The notes beneath the pieces were generated by a model that was given only the letters and a program-made list of their open reading frames with translations, was not told the DNA's origin and ran no database searches. From Candidatus Woesearchaeota archaeon (lineage in GTDB: Archaea; Nanobdellota; Nanobdellia; Woesearchaeales; GW2011-AR9), in assembly GCA_018676855.1 (NCBI GenBank), contig JABHDY010000003.1, positions 445,907-509,906 of the forward strand: a stretch of DNA of 64,000 bases. Direction: 5' to 3'. The translations under genes were made by a program, and so were the position numbers. Positions 55,850 to 64,000 of the stretch are shown here, piece after piece; the stretch's first letter is position 1; every line of letters starts with the position of its first letter.

Positions 55850-58417
55850 ATGACTGAAAATAGCCCAGAAACTAAGGACAAAATCATTTCAAAAGTGATT
55901 GAAGATGAGATGAAACAGGCATACGTCAATTATGCTATGTCTGTCATAGTTGGGAGGGCCCTGCCTGATGTTAGAGACGGTTTGAAGCCTGTTCATAGAA
56001 GGATTCTGTACAGTATGTTTGACATGGGTATGCTTCATAATAGACCGTTTAAGAAATGTGCACGTATTGTAGGGGAAGTTTTAGGAAAGTATCATCCTCA
56101 CGGTGACAGTTCTGTATATGACGCCCTTGTACGTATGGCCCAAGACTTTTCATTACGATATCCTCTTGTTAAAGGTCAAGGAAATTTTGGAAGTATTGAT
56201 GGCGATTCTGCAGCTGCAATGAGATATACGGAAGCGAAACTTAACAAGCTTGCAGAAGATTTGTTGAAAGATATTGACAAAGAAACCGTATCATTCAAAC
56301 CTAATTTTGATGCTTCGTTAAAGGAACCAGAAGTACTTCCAAGCGTTATTCCAAATTTACTCATTAATGGTTCTTCAGGAATTGCTGTTGGTATGGCAAC
56401 GAACATTCCACCACATAACGTTAACGAAGTATGTAGTGGTGTTATTGCAACTATTAACAATCCAGACATTACAACTGAAGAATTGATGGAAATCATTCCT
56501 GCACCTGACTTTCCAACTGGTGGAGAAGTTATATGTGGAAATGCGTTATGGTACGCATATTCTAAAGGAAAGGGAAAAGTTAAGATTAAAGCAATAACAG
56601 AATTTGAAGATGATAAAATTATTGTAAAAGAAATTCCGTACCAAGTTAATAAAGAAGAACTTATTCAACATATTGCGTCGCTTGTTCGTGATAAACGAAT
56701 TATTGGAATTAGAAATATTAATGATGAATCGGATAGGGAAGGTATCAGAATAGTTATTGATCTTAAGAAAGATACCGATGCAAATGTTATCCTTAACCAA
56801 CTTTTTAAGTATAGTAGGTTAAAAATATCGTTCGGCATAACTTTCCTTGCATTAGTAAATAATGAACCTAAACGTCTTGGTTTGATAGAGTTCATGCAAC
56901 ATCATATTAACCATAGAAAAGACGTTATTACAAAAAGAACACAATATGATTTATTGCAGGCACAAAAACGTGTTCATATTCTTGACGGTCTTCTTATTGC
57001 ATTAGAGAATATTGATACTGTTATTCCAGGAATTAAAAAGAGTGCAACTGTTGAAGATGCAAAACAGTTCCTTATGGAAACGTATGATCTGAGTGAATTA
57101 CAAGCAAAAGCTATTCTTGAAATGCGCCTTCAGAAACTTGCATCTCTTGAACAGGACAAAATTAGAAATGAACATACAGAATTACATGAAAAAATCACGT
57201 TATATGAATCAATCCTTGCATCTGAAGAGAAAGTTTTAGACCTTATAAAAACTGAACTTATAGAAATTAAAGAAAAGTATGGTGATGAACGACGATCGAA
57301 GATTATATACGGAGAGGACGAAGATTTTGACATTGAAGAATTGATTGAAGAAAGTACAGTTGTTGTTACAATGACAAATTCTGGGTATATCAAACGTCTT
57401 CCATTAGATACGTATAAGACACAGAGACGTGGCGGTAAGGGTATGATTGCTGCTGGAACAAGGGAAGAAGATTTTGTTGAAAAGGTTTATGTTACAAGTA
57501 CGCACGATTATGTGTTATTCTTTACAGATAAAGGACAGTTATATTGGTTAAAAGTATATCAAATACCTGAGGGTAGGAGACAATCTAAAGGCAAACATAT
57601 TGTTAACCTTATTGATTTACGTCAGGATGAAAAAATCACTGCAACCGTACCAGTACGAGATTTTAAGGAAGGATTTCTTTTCATGGCAACAGAAATGGGA
57701 ACGGTAAAAAAAACAGAACTAACATACTTTTCAAAGCCAAGAAAAGCAGGTATTCGTGCCCTTACGCTTGATGAAGGTGATACACTTGTTGGTGTACGGT
57801 ACACTAACGGTAATCATGAAATTCTTCTTGCAACTAAGAAAGGTCTTGCAAATAGGTTTAAAGAAAAAGATATCAGATCAATGGGAAGAACTGCACGCGG
57901 AGTTAGAGGTATAAGATTATCTTCTGAAGATAAAGTTATTGGAATGCTCGCTGCAGAAGAGGGTAAGAATATTCTTACGATAACAGAGAAAGGTTATGGA
58001 AAAAGAACTCCAGTATCAGATTATCGTTTATGTAAACGTGGCGGTAAAGGTGTTATGAACATGAGAATAACAGAAAAGAATGGTCCTGTAAAATCTGTAA
58101 AGCTTGTTGATGGAAATGAAGAACTTATGTTAATTTCAAAGAACGGTATTGGTATTAGAATAAAATGTTCAGACATTTCAATCATAGGACGTGCAACACA
58201 GGGTGTCCGTGTTATGCGTATGAATGATAATGATGAAGTTGCTGCAGCTGCCAAAGTTGTTATTGAAGATGGTGAAGTTGCAGAAATTGAAAATGAAGAA
58301 TCTTCAGATTCAGTAACAGAAGATCTACCCGAAGCACAAGAAACACAAGAAGCACAAGAAACGGAAGATATAGAAGAAACACAAGAAGCAGATGAAACAG
58401 AAGATGTGAAAGAATGA
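55850..58417 (+). CDS. gyrA: DNA gyrase subunit A
   Basis: N-terminus [32 protein letters not shown]; active-site AAMRYTE; C-terminal beta-pinwheel repeats; acidic tail. Confidence 0.9.
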   Translation: MTENSPETKDKIISKVIEDEMKQAYVNYAMSVIVGRALPDVRDGLKPVHRRILYSMFDMGMLHNRPFKKCARIVGEVLGKYHPHGDSSVYDALVRMAQDFSLRYPLVKGQGNFGSIDGDSAAAMRYTEAKLNKLAEDLLKDIDKETVSFKPNFDASLKEPEVLPSVIPNLLINGSSGIAVGMATNIPPHNVNEVCSGVIATINNPDITTEELMEIIPAPDFPTGGEVICGNALWYAYSKGKGKVKIKAITEFEDDKIIVKEIPYQVNKEELIQHIASLVRDKRIIGIRNINDESDREGIRIVIDLKKDTDANVILNQLFKYSRLKISFGITFLALVNNEPKRLGLIEFMQHHINHRKDVITKRTQYDLLQAQKRVHILDGLLIALENIDTVIPGIKKSATVEDAKQFLMETYDLSELQAKAILEMRLQKLASLEQDKIRNEHTELHEKITLYESILASEEKVLDLIKTELIEIKEKYGDERRSKIIYGEDEDFDIEELIEESTVVVTMTNSGYIKRLPLDTYKTQRRGGKGMIAAGTREEDFVEKVYVTSTHDYVLFFTDKGQLYWLKVYQIPEGRRQSKGKHIVNLIDLRQDEKITATVPVRDFKEGFLFMATEMGTVKKTELTYFSKPRKAGIRALTLDEGDTLVGVRYTNGNHEILLATKKGLANRFKEKDIRSMGRTARGVRGIRLSSEDKVIGMLAAEEGKNILTITEKGYGKRTPVSDYRLCKRGGKGVMNMRITEKNGPVKSVKLVDGNEELMLISKNGIGIRIKCSDISIIGRATQGVRVMRMNDNDEVAAAAKVVIEDGEVAEIENEESSDSVTEDLPEAQETQEAQETEDIEETQEADETEDVKE

Positions 58418-59511
58418 ATCTTTATGCTTTCGTACGACCTGGAACAGAACTCGTTTCTCAGAAAGAAATACAAGAAGTTTGTAATGTAAATTCTATCATT
58501 CACAATTCCGTTCTTGAGTTTGATGTTAAGAATAAAGAAGATATTGTTCAAGCAGTGTACCATCTTCAGTCTGTACGGCGACTTGTTTTTTCTTTAGGCA
58601 AGTATCAAGATATTGAATCAATCAATTTCAATTCTGTCCAATTTCCTTGGAAAGACATATTTTCCAAAACGTGTTCGTGCAAAGTTGATGTTGAAGGTGT
58701 TAAAGGTCAAGATAATAGAATAACTATTGCAAAAAATGTTCTTTCATCATTACTTCCAACAATAGAACAAAAATGTGGTTTCACCCCAAATATTGACGTA
58801 AAAAATCCATCAATAATAATTTCCGTTTTTCATAATGGAGATAATTATTTTATTGGTATTGATATGTGTGGTAAGGAACTTGATGCACGGTTTTATCGTG
58901 TATTTCCTCATTCTGGTTCGTTTAAAGGAGATTTAGCATATTACTTTGTACGAAAGTCTGGATTTAGTAAAGGCGAACAATTACTTATAGGTTTTGTTAA
59001 AGATGGTGCGTTAGTTATAGAAGCAGCAATTTTTGAATCAACGTACCTTGTTCAAGACATAACACAAAAAGATTTGTCACTATTTTCATTTCCATTATTT
59101 CACAACTTTGATTTTGATCAAGTAATTTCTAATCCTACACAAGATAATAACAAAAACATTTTTGCATTTGATGAAAGTACACGAAATCATACTGCTGCAC
59201 GTAAAAACATCAAAATTGCAGGCGTTTCTTCACAAATTGAAATATCAAAACACGATATTGACGATCTTGATGTTCGATATTCAAAAGATCAATTTAATCG
59301 GCTCATTTTTCACGTAACGACAAAGGATGAAGAAAGAATTAATGAAATATATTATCAAGCATCCTACGTCTTACAAAAAAAAGGAACACTTTTATTTATT
59401 GGCCGCGAAAATTGGGACGTATCAGTTTCTGAAAAATTCACTTTGATAGAAAAAGAGGAGATTGTTCATGGAAAAGGAAAGTATGTGTTATGGCTTCTCG
59501 AAAAGAAATAA
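58414..59511 (+). CDS. THUMP-domain protein, Trm11/RlmL-like with divergent methyltransferase motifs
   Basis: N-terminal THUMP-like region. [11 protein letters not shown]...[17 protein letters not shown] aligns to the Trm11 motif I region (LDPFCGSGT to GFVKDGAL). NPPY-like VISNPTQ. Overlaps the gyrA stop. Confidence 0.4.
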   Translation: MNLYAFVRPGTELVSQKEIQEVCNVNSIIHNSVLEFDVKNKEDIVQAVYHLQSVRRLVFSLGKYQDIESINFNSVQFPWKDIFSKTCSCKVDVEGVKGQDNRITIAKNVLSSLLPTIEQKCGFTPNIDVKNPSIIISVFHNGDNYFIGIDMCGKELDARFYRVFPHSGSFKGDLAYYFVRKSGFSKGEQLLIGFVKDGALVIEAAIFESTYLVQDITQKDLSLFSFPLFHNFDFDQVISNPTQDNNKNIFAFDESTRNHTAARKNIKIAGVSSQIEISKHDIDDLDVRYSKDQFNRLIFHVTTKDEERINEIYYQASYVLQKKGTLLFIGRENWDVSVSEKFTLIEKEEIVHGKGKYVLWLLEKK

Positions 59512-59577
59512 TTTTTGTACTGAATCGTTCTCAAAACAAATCTTTTATATACTTTTATCTCTTCGTTGGTATGAAGA

Positions 59578-60315
59578 ATGGCCAATATTAAAGAATTAAT
59601 TAAAAGGATACAAGATTTTTACCGTTTTAGTTGGCAAGAAATTTCTGGGTTACTTATTGCTGTAATTTTTACAGCGTTCATATTTTCATTTCGTGACTGG
59701 GGTGGCGAATTATTTGATATTGTTATTGGATTAAAAAATTTTGTCATCGTCATTTTTGTTGCAGCAATATCGTTCACGTTTCGTATCTCGTGCCAGAAAA
59801 TATATGCGTTAAGTCAGGGATATAAAGCAGAATTTAAAGTATGGTGGGTAGGTCTTATCATAGCACTTGTTCTTGCATTTATCAGTTTTGGAAGAGTTCC
59901 ACTTGTACTTATAGGTGGTGTTGTTACCGCATTCATGGTAAAACAACGTCTTGGAGAATTTCGATACGGTTTTTCTTACCTTCAAAATGGATTTACTTCA
60001 TTATGGGGAATCTTAGGCAATATGATTCTGGCTATTGGTTTTGCGCTAGGATTATATTATGTTCCACAAAGTTACTTTTTTTCTAAAGGACTTATGCTTA
60101 ACGTTATTATGGGCTTTTGTGCATTACTTCCACTTCCACAATTGGATGGACTTAACATATATTTCGGTTCAAGGATAATGTATTATATCGCTATAGTGAC
60201 AGTATTACTCGCAAGCGTTTTATTATTAACACGAACAAAATGGGGACTTATTATCGCTATTGTTATTGGTTCTATAGCCGGAATAATTTATATTTCAATC
60301 GGCTCAGAAAAATAA
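59578..60315 (+). CDS. Polytopic membrane protein (6 to 7 TM)
   Basis: Hydrophobicity pattern only. Confidence 0.4.
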   Translation: MANIKELIKRIQDFYRFSWQEISGLLIAVIFTAFIFSFRDWGGELFDIVIGLKNFVIVIFVAAISFTFRISCQKIYALSQGYKAEFKVWWVGLIIALVLAFISFGRVPLVLIGGVVTAFMVKQRLGEFRYGFSYLQNGFTSLWGILGNMILAIGFALGLYYVPQSYFFSKGLMLNVIMGFCALLPLPQLDGLNIYFGSRIMYYIAIVTVLLASVLLLTRTKWGLIIAIVIGSIAGIIYISIGSEK

Positions 60316-60349
60316 TAATATTTAAATAAGCATATAGATATTCAACACA

Positions 60350-60697
60350 ATGGCAAATCTTAAATTGGATGAACAGTGGGCAGAAGCATTTTCACTACTT
60401 TTCCTTGCAGTAGGATTCATAATAGCTATCCTTCTTCAAAGTCCTTTTTTAAGTTATCTTTCAGTCTTCTTTGCAGGGTTTGTTGCAGGAAGAGTATATT
60501 ATTTAAAAAAATCAAAAGAACCAATTCTTCCATTTGTACTTCTCATTGTTGGATTTTTGTTTGGATACCTTCTAGGAAGTTTTTGGGCAAGTCGTTTTGT
60601 TACACTTCTATTCTTCGCTGTAGGGTTTGGAATTTCGTACTACCTTCATTTGAAACAAATTTTAGTAATCTTTAAAAGTGAGGACTTTATTAAGTAA
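60350..60697 (+). CDS. Small membrane protein (3 to 4 TM)
   Basis: Hydrophobicity pattern only. Confidence 0.35.
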   Translation: MANLKLDEQWAEAFSLLFLAVGFIIAILLQSPFLSYLSVFFAGFVAGRVYYLKKSKEPILPFVLLIVGFLFGYLLGSFWASRFVTLLFFAVGFGISYYLHLKQILVIFKSEDFIK

Positions 60698-60702
60698 TAC
60701 AA

Positions 60703-61002
60703 ATGAAAACGTACAATGTTAAAAGTATAACTCTCAGTAGAAAACCTGGAAAAGATAAAGAGGGGTTCTGGACAGCATTTATAGGACTCTTCAACGAAAA
60801 CAATCCTCATCTAAAAGCAAAAGTGCCGTTCGAAGTTCTTAACATTCCTGACGTAGAAAAAGTACGAATTCATGAATTACGAAACATTTCATATTATTTA
60901 ATGGGAAATGATATCATTATTAATAATTTAGAAGAGTTGACAATTGAAAAAAAAGACAATATTTTGATATTGCAGGGAAAACAGGACCTTCCAGAAGAAT
61001 AA
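60703..61002 (+). CDS. Hypothetical small protein
   Basis: 99-aa ORF filling an intergenic slot, 6 nt after the previous stop. Confidence 0.3.
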   Translation: MKTYNVKSITLSRKPGKDKEGFWTAFIGLFNENNPHLKAKVPFEVLNIPDVEKVRIHELRNISYYLMGNDIIINNLEELTIEKKDNILILQGKQDLPEE

Positions 61003-61009
61003 AATATTT

Positions 61010-62116
61010 CTATTGAATAATTTTTGTTACGAGTTTCTTTGCTTTTACTCTTTTCTGTTGATGTTGCTGTAAGAACGATGTAACTTTATCTATACAAATT
61101 TGTTTCAGTTCTCCAGATAACAATTTACCAGATTTATAGTTTTTGTAAATCTTTTCTAGTTTTTTGTCATCAGGTTCTAAACCGTATAATAACATTTGGA
61201 AAGAAACGTCAACGTCAGGATTACCACCTTTCTTTCTATGTTCTTCAAGAGTAGCTTTTCCACCCGAAAAAGCATATTTTTTAATTTTTCGCGTTGCCTC
61301 TTCTGGCGTATCAGTTAATGCAATGTACGAATTTATATCTGAGGACGACATTTTACCTCCCTTTAAACCAGGCATGAATTTATGGTACGTTGAACTTAAC
61401 TGTGTAAATTTAAATTCTTTTATTCGTTTTGAAATGTCGCGTGCAATTCGTATATGCGGATCTTGATCTGCTCCAACAGGTATGATAACAGGAATGGGTT
61501 TTCCTTCAAATTCTTTCAGTTGAGGATGTAACATGTCTGCTGCTTGTAATAATGACGATGCCATTTTTCCTGGAGTAATATCTCCGTACACAGCTTTAAA
61601 TTCGTTAAATGTTGCATGTCGTGCAAGCATGTTTGCTAAGCTATAATACGCGTTTGATTTTAATCCATCATTTGATCTTTGTGATTGAAAATAAAAGTCA
61701 CATTTCTTCAAATCTAAACCTAAAGCAACATAATTGGTAAGATATTCTTCAATAGCAGTTTTTCGCAATTCTTTCATGTCTGGATTTCGCGAATTGTATG
61801 CTTCAATGTCCGCAATGGCAATGTAAATCTTTGCACCCAGTTTCTGGTAAAATATTATTTGATCCGCAACCATCTTATGACCAAAATGAAATTTTCCTGA
61901 CGGCATAAGTCCAGTCATCATAACGAACGGTTTCTTTTTTTCAATAGCGTCAATAACTTGTTTAAAATCTCTATGTGCAAATACAATTTCTCTTCTAAAA
62001 AGCACATTGTCTTGAAATTGTGTTGGTAAGTGATGTAACGGCTTCAAACCGAAATCTTTGATTAGTTTATCATAATCAATCGTTCCTTTCACTTCCCATG
62101 GCGTTACTTTTGTCAT
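61010..62116 (-). CDS. trpS: Tryptophanyl-tRNA synthetase (archaeal/eukaryal type)
   Basis: HIGH-type PSGKFHFGH and KMSSS (GKMSSSD). Confidence 0.85.
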   Translation of the reverse strand: MTKVTPWEVKGTIDYDKLIKDFGLKPLHHLPTQFQDNVLFRREIVFAHRDFKQVIDAIEKKKPFVMMTGLMPSGKFHFGHKMVADQIIFYQKLGAKIYIAIADIEAYNSRNPDMKELRKTAIEEYLTNYVALGLDLKKCDFYFQSQRSNDGLKSNAYYSLANMLARHATFNEFKAVYGDITPGKMASSLLQAADMLHPQLKEFEGKPIPVIIPVGADQDPHIRIARDISKRIKEFKFTQLSSTYHKFMPGLKGGKMSSSDINSYIALTDTPEEATRKIKKYAFSGGKATLEEHRKKGGNPDVDVSFQMLLYGLEPDDKKLEKIYKNYKSGKLLSGELKQICIDKVTSFLQQHQQKRVKAKKLVTKIIQ

Positions 62117-62219
62117 AATGGAAGAAGAACGTATCCCTTTATTAATATTTTTGTGTTATTATAACGTTTCAATAACTTCTAACAACTTATCGATGGCTTC
62201 AGAAACTTTATCAACATCA

Positions 62220-63047
62220 TTACTTAGAATGCCTGCAACATAATCGTTTGCCTCGCCCATAAGAAAAGAAGCTTTTTTTTGATTCGCCAAATATTTTTTT
62301 CTTTTTCTTAGATATTTTCCCTATTCTTTTTGATAATATCGTATACACTTTATTCATAACACTCTTAAGGTTTTCACAATCTTCTCCATTGTATGCTATT
62401 AACAACTCTAAATACTCTCTATCGCCAGATGCGTGGAACGCTTTCCATAAATCAACGGGATTTCCATACAAATTCTGTGGCCTTTTCAAATTCAATTTCT
62501 TTTCAATTTCCTTTAACCCACCTTTTAATCCAAGATTAACACAAAGAGGTTTCAAGTCAATATGCGGAACTTTAATGTTAATTTTCAATTCTTTTTGTAT
62601 TTTAGGAATATCAAACGAATGACCATTATACGTTACAATTAATTTATATTTCTGTAATTCATTCTCAATATTTGTACTTTCTAAATTGACTCCTTTCACA
62701 AAAAAGTTACTGTTATAATAATTTGAAATGCCTATTAATACAATTTTTCCGTAACTATCAACCTCTATATCTACATAACCTACTTCTTCACGGAAATAAT
62801 CATATAATCGCCACATTTCTTTTTTTGGAAGTTTGTGTATAAAATGTGATGGGTTCTCTTCACGTAATGCGTGTTGTGCTTCTCGCAATTTTCTATTATA
62901 ATATTGTTTCTTTTGTTGAGATATACCATTTACACTCTTAACATTTAAAAAATCGTGCCAATCAGCAATTCCCTGTTTCCATATACTTTGTTCTTTAGTA
63001 GAACCAACTTTTTCTAAGAAAATGAACGATTTTTTGATCATATTCAT
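62220..63047 (-). CDS. RNase H-like predicted 3'-5' exonuclease (COG3359/YprB-like)
   Basis: Acidic motifs YVDIEVDS, TYNGHSFDIP, AYNGEDC arranged as in DEDD/PolB-like exonucleases. Confidence 0.5.
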   Translation of the reverse strand: MNMIKKSFIFLEKVGSTKEQSIWKQGIADWHDFLNVKSVNGISQQKKQYYNRKLREAQHALREENPSHFIHKLPKKEMWRLYDYFREEVGYVDIEVDSYGKIVLIGISNYYNSNFFVKGVNLESTNIENELQKYKLIVTYNGHSFDIPKIQKELKINIKVPHIDLKPLCVNLGLKGGLKEIEKKLNLKRPQNLYGNPVDLWKAFHASGDREYLELLIAYNGEDCENLKSVMNKVYTILSKRIGKISKKKKKIFGESKKSFFSYGRGKRLCCRHSK

Positions 63048-63142
63048 TTTGGATTTTACTACTATTTAAATTATATTTTGTCACTATTTGATGGCGAGAA
63101 ATGTTTATAAACAATATCTGTTTCTACAAAATCTCATTGCTT

Positions 63143-63340
63143 GAGGGAGAATTGATTTTCGCTTTCGTGCTTTGGTCTTCGGATCTTTGTATGTTTGTGT
63201 TGATTGACTTCGGACTTGAGTAGTGAATTAATTCCTGCTGTTGAGGGGAGAATTGATTTTCGCCTTCGTGCTTTGGTCTTCGGATCTTTGTATGTTTGTG
63301 TTGATTAGCTTCGGACTTTAACAGCAGGAGTTGTTTTTCT
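63143..63340. repeat. Tandem direct repeat, 2 x about 100 bp, each unit containing C(UUCG)G hairpins
   Basis: Unit gagggagaattgattttcgc[t/c]ttcgtgctttggtcttcggatctttgtatgtttgtgttgatt[ga/ag]cttcggact... repeated at 63143 and 63243 with more than 95% identity. ggtcTTCGgatc forms a 4-bp stem with UUCG tetraloop. Period is not a multiple of 3. Confidence 0.7.
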
Positions 63341-63434
63341 TTCAATCATTTTTTAACACGTTTTTTTAATAAATTTTATATACTCCTTTCATTCCTATAT
63401 TTTATAGTAAGTTTATGTGGGGGTTTTGAGAAAA

Positions 63435-64000
63435 ATGGTCAATTGGTTAATGTTCGGATTATTTAATCCATTAATAGTACTAATTATACTTGTACTTATT
63501 TCGAGTCTTAAAGTTGTGAAACAATATGAACGCGGTGTACGGTTTACACTTGGAAAATATGCGGGGATGATCAATCCAGGTTTACGGTTAGTCATTCCAG
63601 TAATTCAAACGTGGGAACGTGTTGACCTACGTGTTAAGGCTGTTGACGTACCTGATCAAGATTGTATAACTAAAGATAACGTGTCTGTTCGTGTAAATGC
63701 GGTCCTATACTTTAAAGTTGCAGATGCATCTAAAGCTATTATTGAAGTAGAAAATTTCTTCTATGCAACTTCACAGCTATCACAGACAACCATGCGTGAT
63801 GTTGTTGGTGAAGTTACACTTGACGGTTTGCTTAGAGAACGAGATAACATTTCAAAACGTATTCAACAAATTGTTGATAAAGCAACAGATCCGTGGGGAA
63901 TAAAAGTAGATTCAGTTGATCTTAAACATGTTGAACTGCCAGATAACATGAAACGGACAATGGCAAAGGAAGCTGAGTCCGAGCGAGAGAAACGTGCAGT
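63435..64000 (+). CDS. SPFH/band-7 (stomatin/prohibitin-like) membrane protein, partial (continues past window end)
   Basis: N-terminal TM LIVLIILVLISSLKVV followed by SPFH core YERGVRFTLGKY...VPDQDCITKDNVSVRVNAVLYFKV; GGGGG-type RBS upstream. Confidence 0.75.
   Translation, partial: MVNWLMFGLFNPLIVLIILVLISSLKVVKQYERGVRFTLGKYAGMINPGLRLVIPVIQTWERVDLRVKAVDVPDQDCITKDNVSVRVNAVLYFKVADASKAIIEVENFFYATSQLSQTTMRDVVGEVTLDGLLRERDNISKRIQQIVDKATDPWGIKVDSVDLKHVELPDNMKRTMAKEAESEREKRA

Noticed and set aside
63143-63340. CRISPR array
   Set aside because: Only two long (about 100-bp) directly abutting repeats with no unique spacers and no cas genes
63124-63345. 73-aa minus-strand ORF over the tandem repeat
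   Set aside because: The repeat period (about 100 nt) is not a multiple of 3 and the peptide lacks an in-frame internal repeat. More likely non-coding

Overview
The window is an AT-rich archaeal segment (about 33% GC). Its gene content (MCM, Orc1/Cdc6, PolD DP1 and DP2, TBP, TFE, Hjc, aIF2-beta, RpoP, L37ae, PCNA, archaeal-type TyrRS and TrpRS, Rpp30, RNase J, RNase Z) and its very large Cys-rich surface proteins suggest a DPANN-like small-genome archaeon.

Layout:
- 1..14213: a cluster of six huge secreted or membrane-anchored Cys-rich proteins, mostly on the minus strand (one is 1771 aa; another runs off the window start). Two intergenic spots at gene 3' ends share a conserved element of about 55 nt.
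- 14259..16698: tRNA and RNA-processing genes: Rpp30, a TtuA/Ncs6-type tRNA thiolase, and a ThiI-like THUMP protein whose PP-loop is degenerate.
- 16976..29213: a replication island: HTH_10 regulator, TBP, MCM, an RPA32-like OB+wH protein, a SpoIIM-like membrane protein, an AT-rich intergenic region (22023..22726) that looks like oriC with three ORB-like repeats, then Orc1/Cdc6, DP1 and DP2.
- 29250..47656: housekeeping genes: Mrr-like nuclease, DUF424, aIF2-beta, TFE with a lysine-rich tail, Hjc, RNase Z, HAD hydrolase, TyrRS, M16 and M24 peptidases, a tRNA-Pro with an inserted D-loop, L37ae, RpoP, prefoldin beta, MscS, DRG GTPase, an AsnB-like PP-loop protein, Dph6-like, RibL, DsbA-like, an ABC transporter, SemiSWEET, PCNA and RNase J.
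- 47705..47808: a tRNA-Leu with a D-arm insertion.
- 47880..54505: a surface-protein region: a membrane-tethered wHTH regulator with an extracellular domain, a CARDB protein, a tightly coupled three-gene operon of small paralogous coiled-coil proteins (51008..52219, my top candidate for an undescribed system), and a lamin-tail-domain surface protein.
- 54565..64000: ScpA-like and ScpB, GyrA, a THUMP protein, membrane proteins, TrpRS, an RNase H-like exonuclease, a 2 x 100-bp tandem repeat with UUCG hairpins, and the start of an SPFH/stomatin protein.

I found no CRISPR array, transposase or reverse transcriptase.
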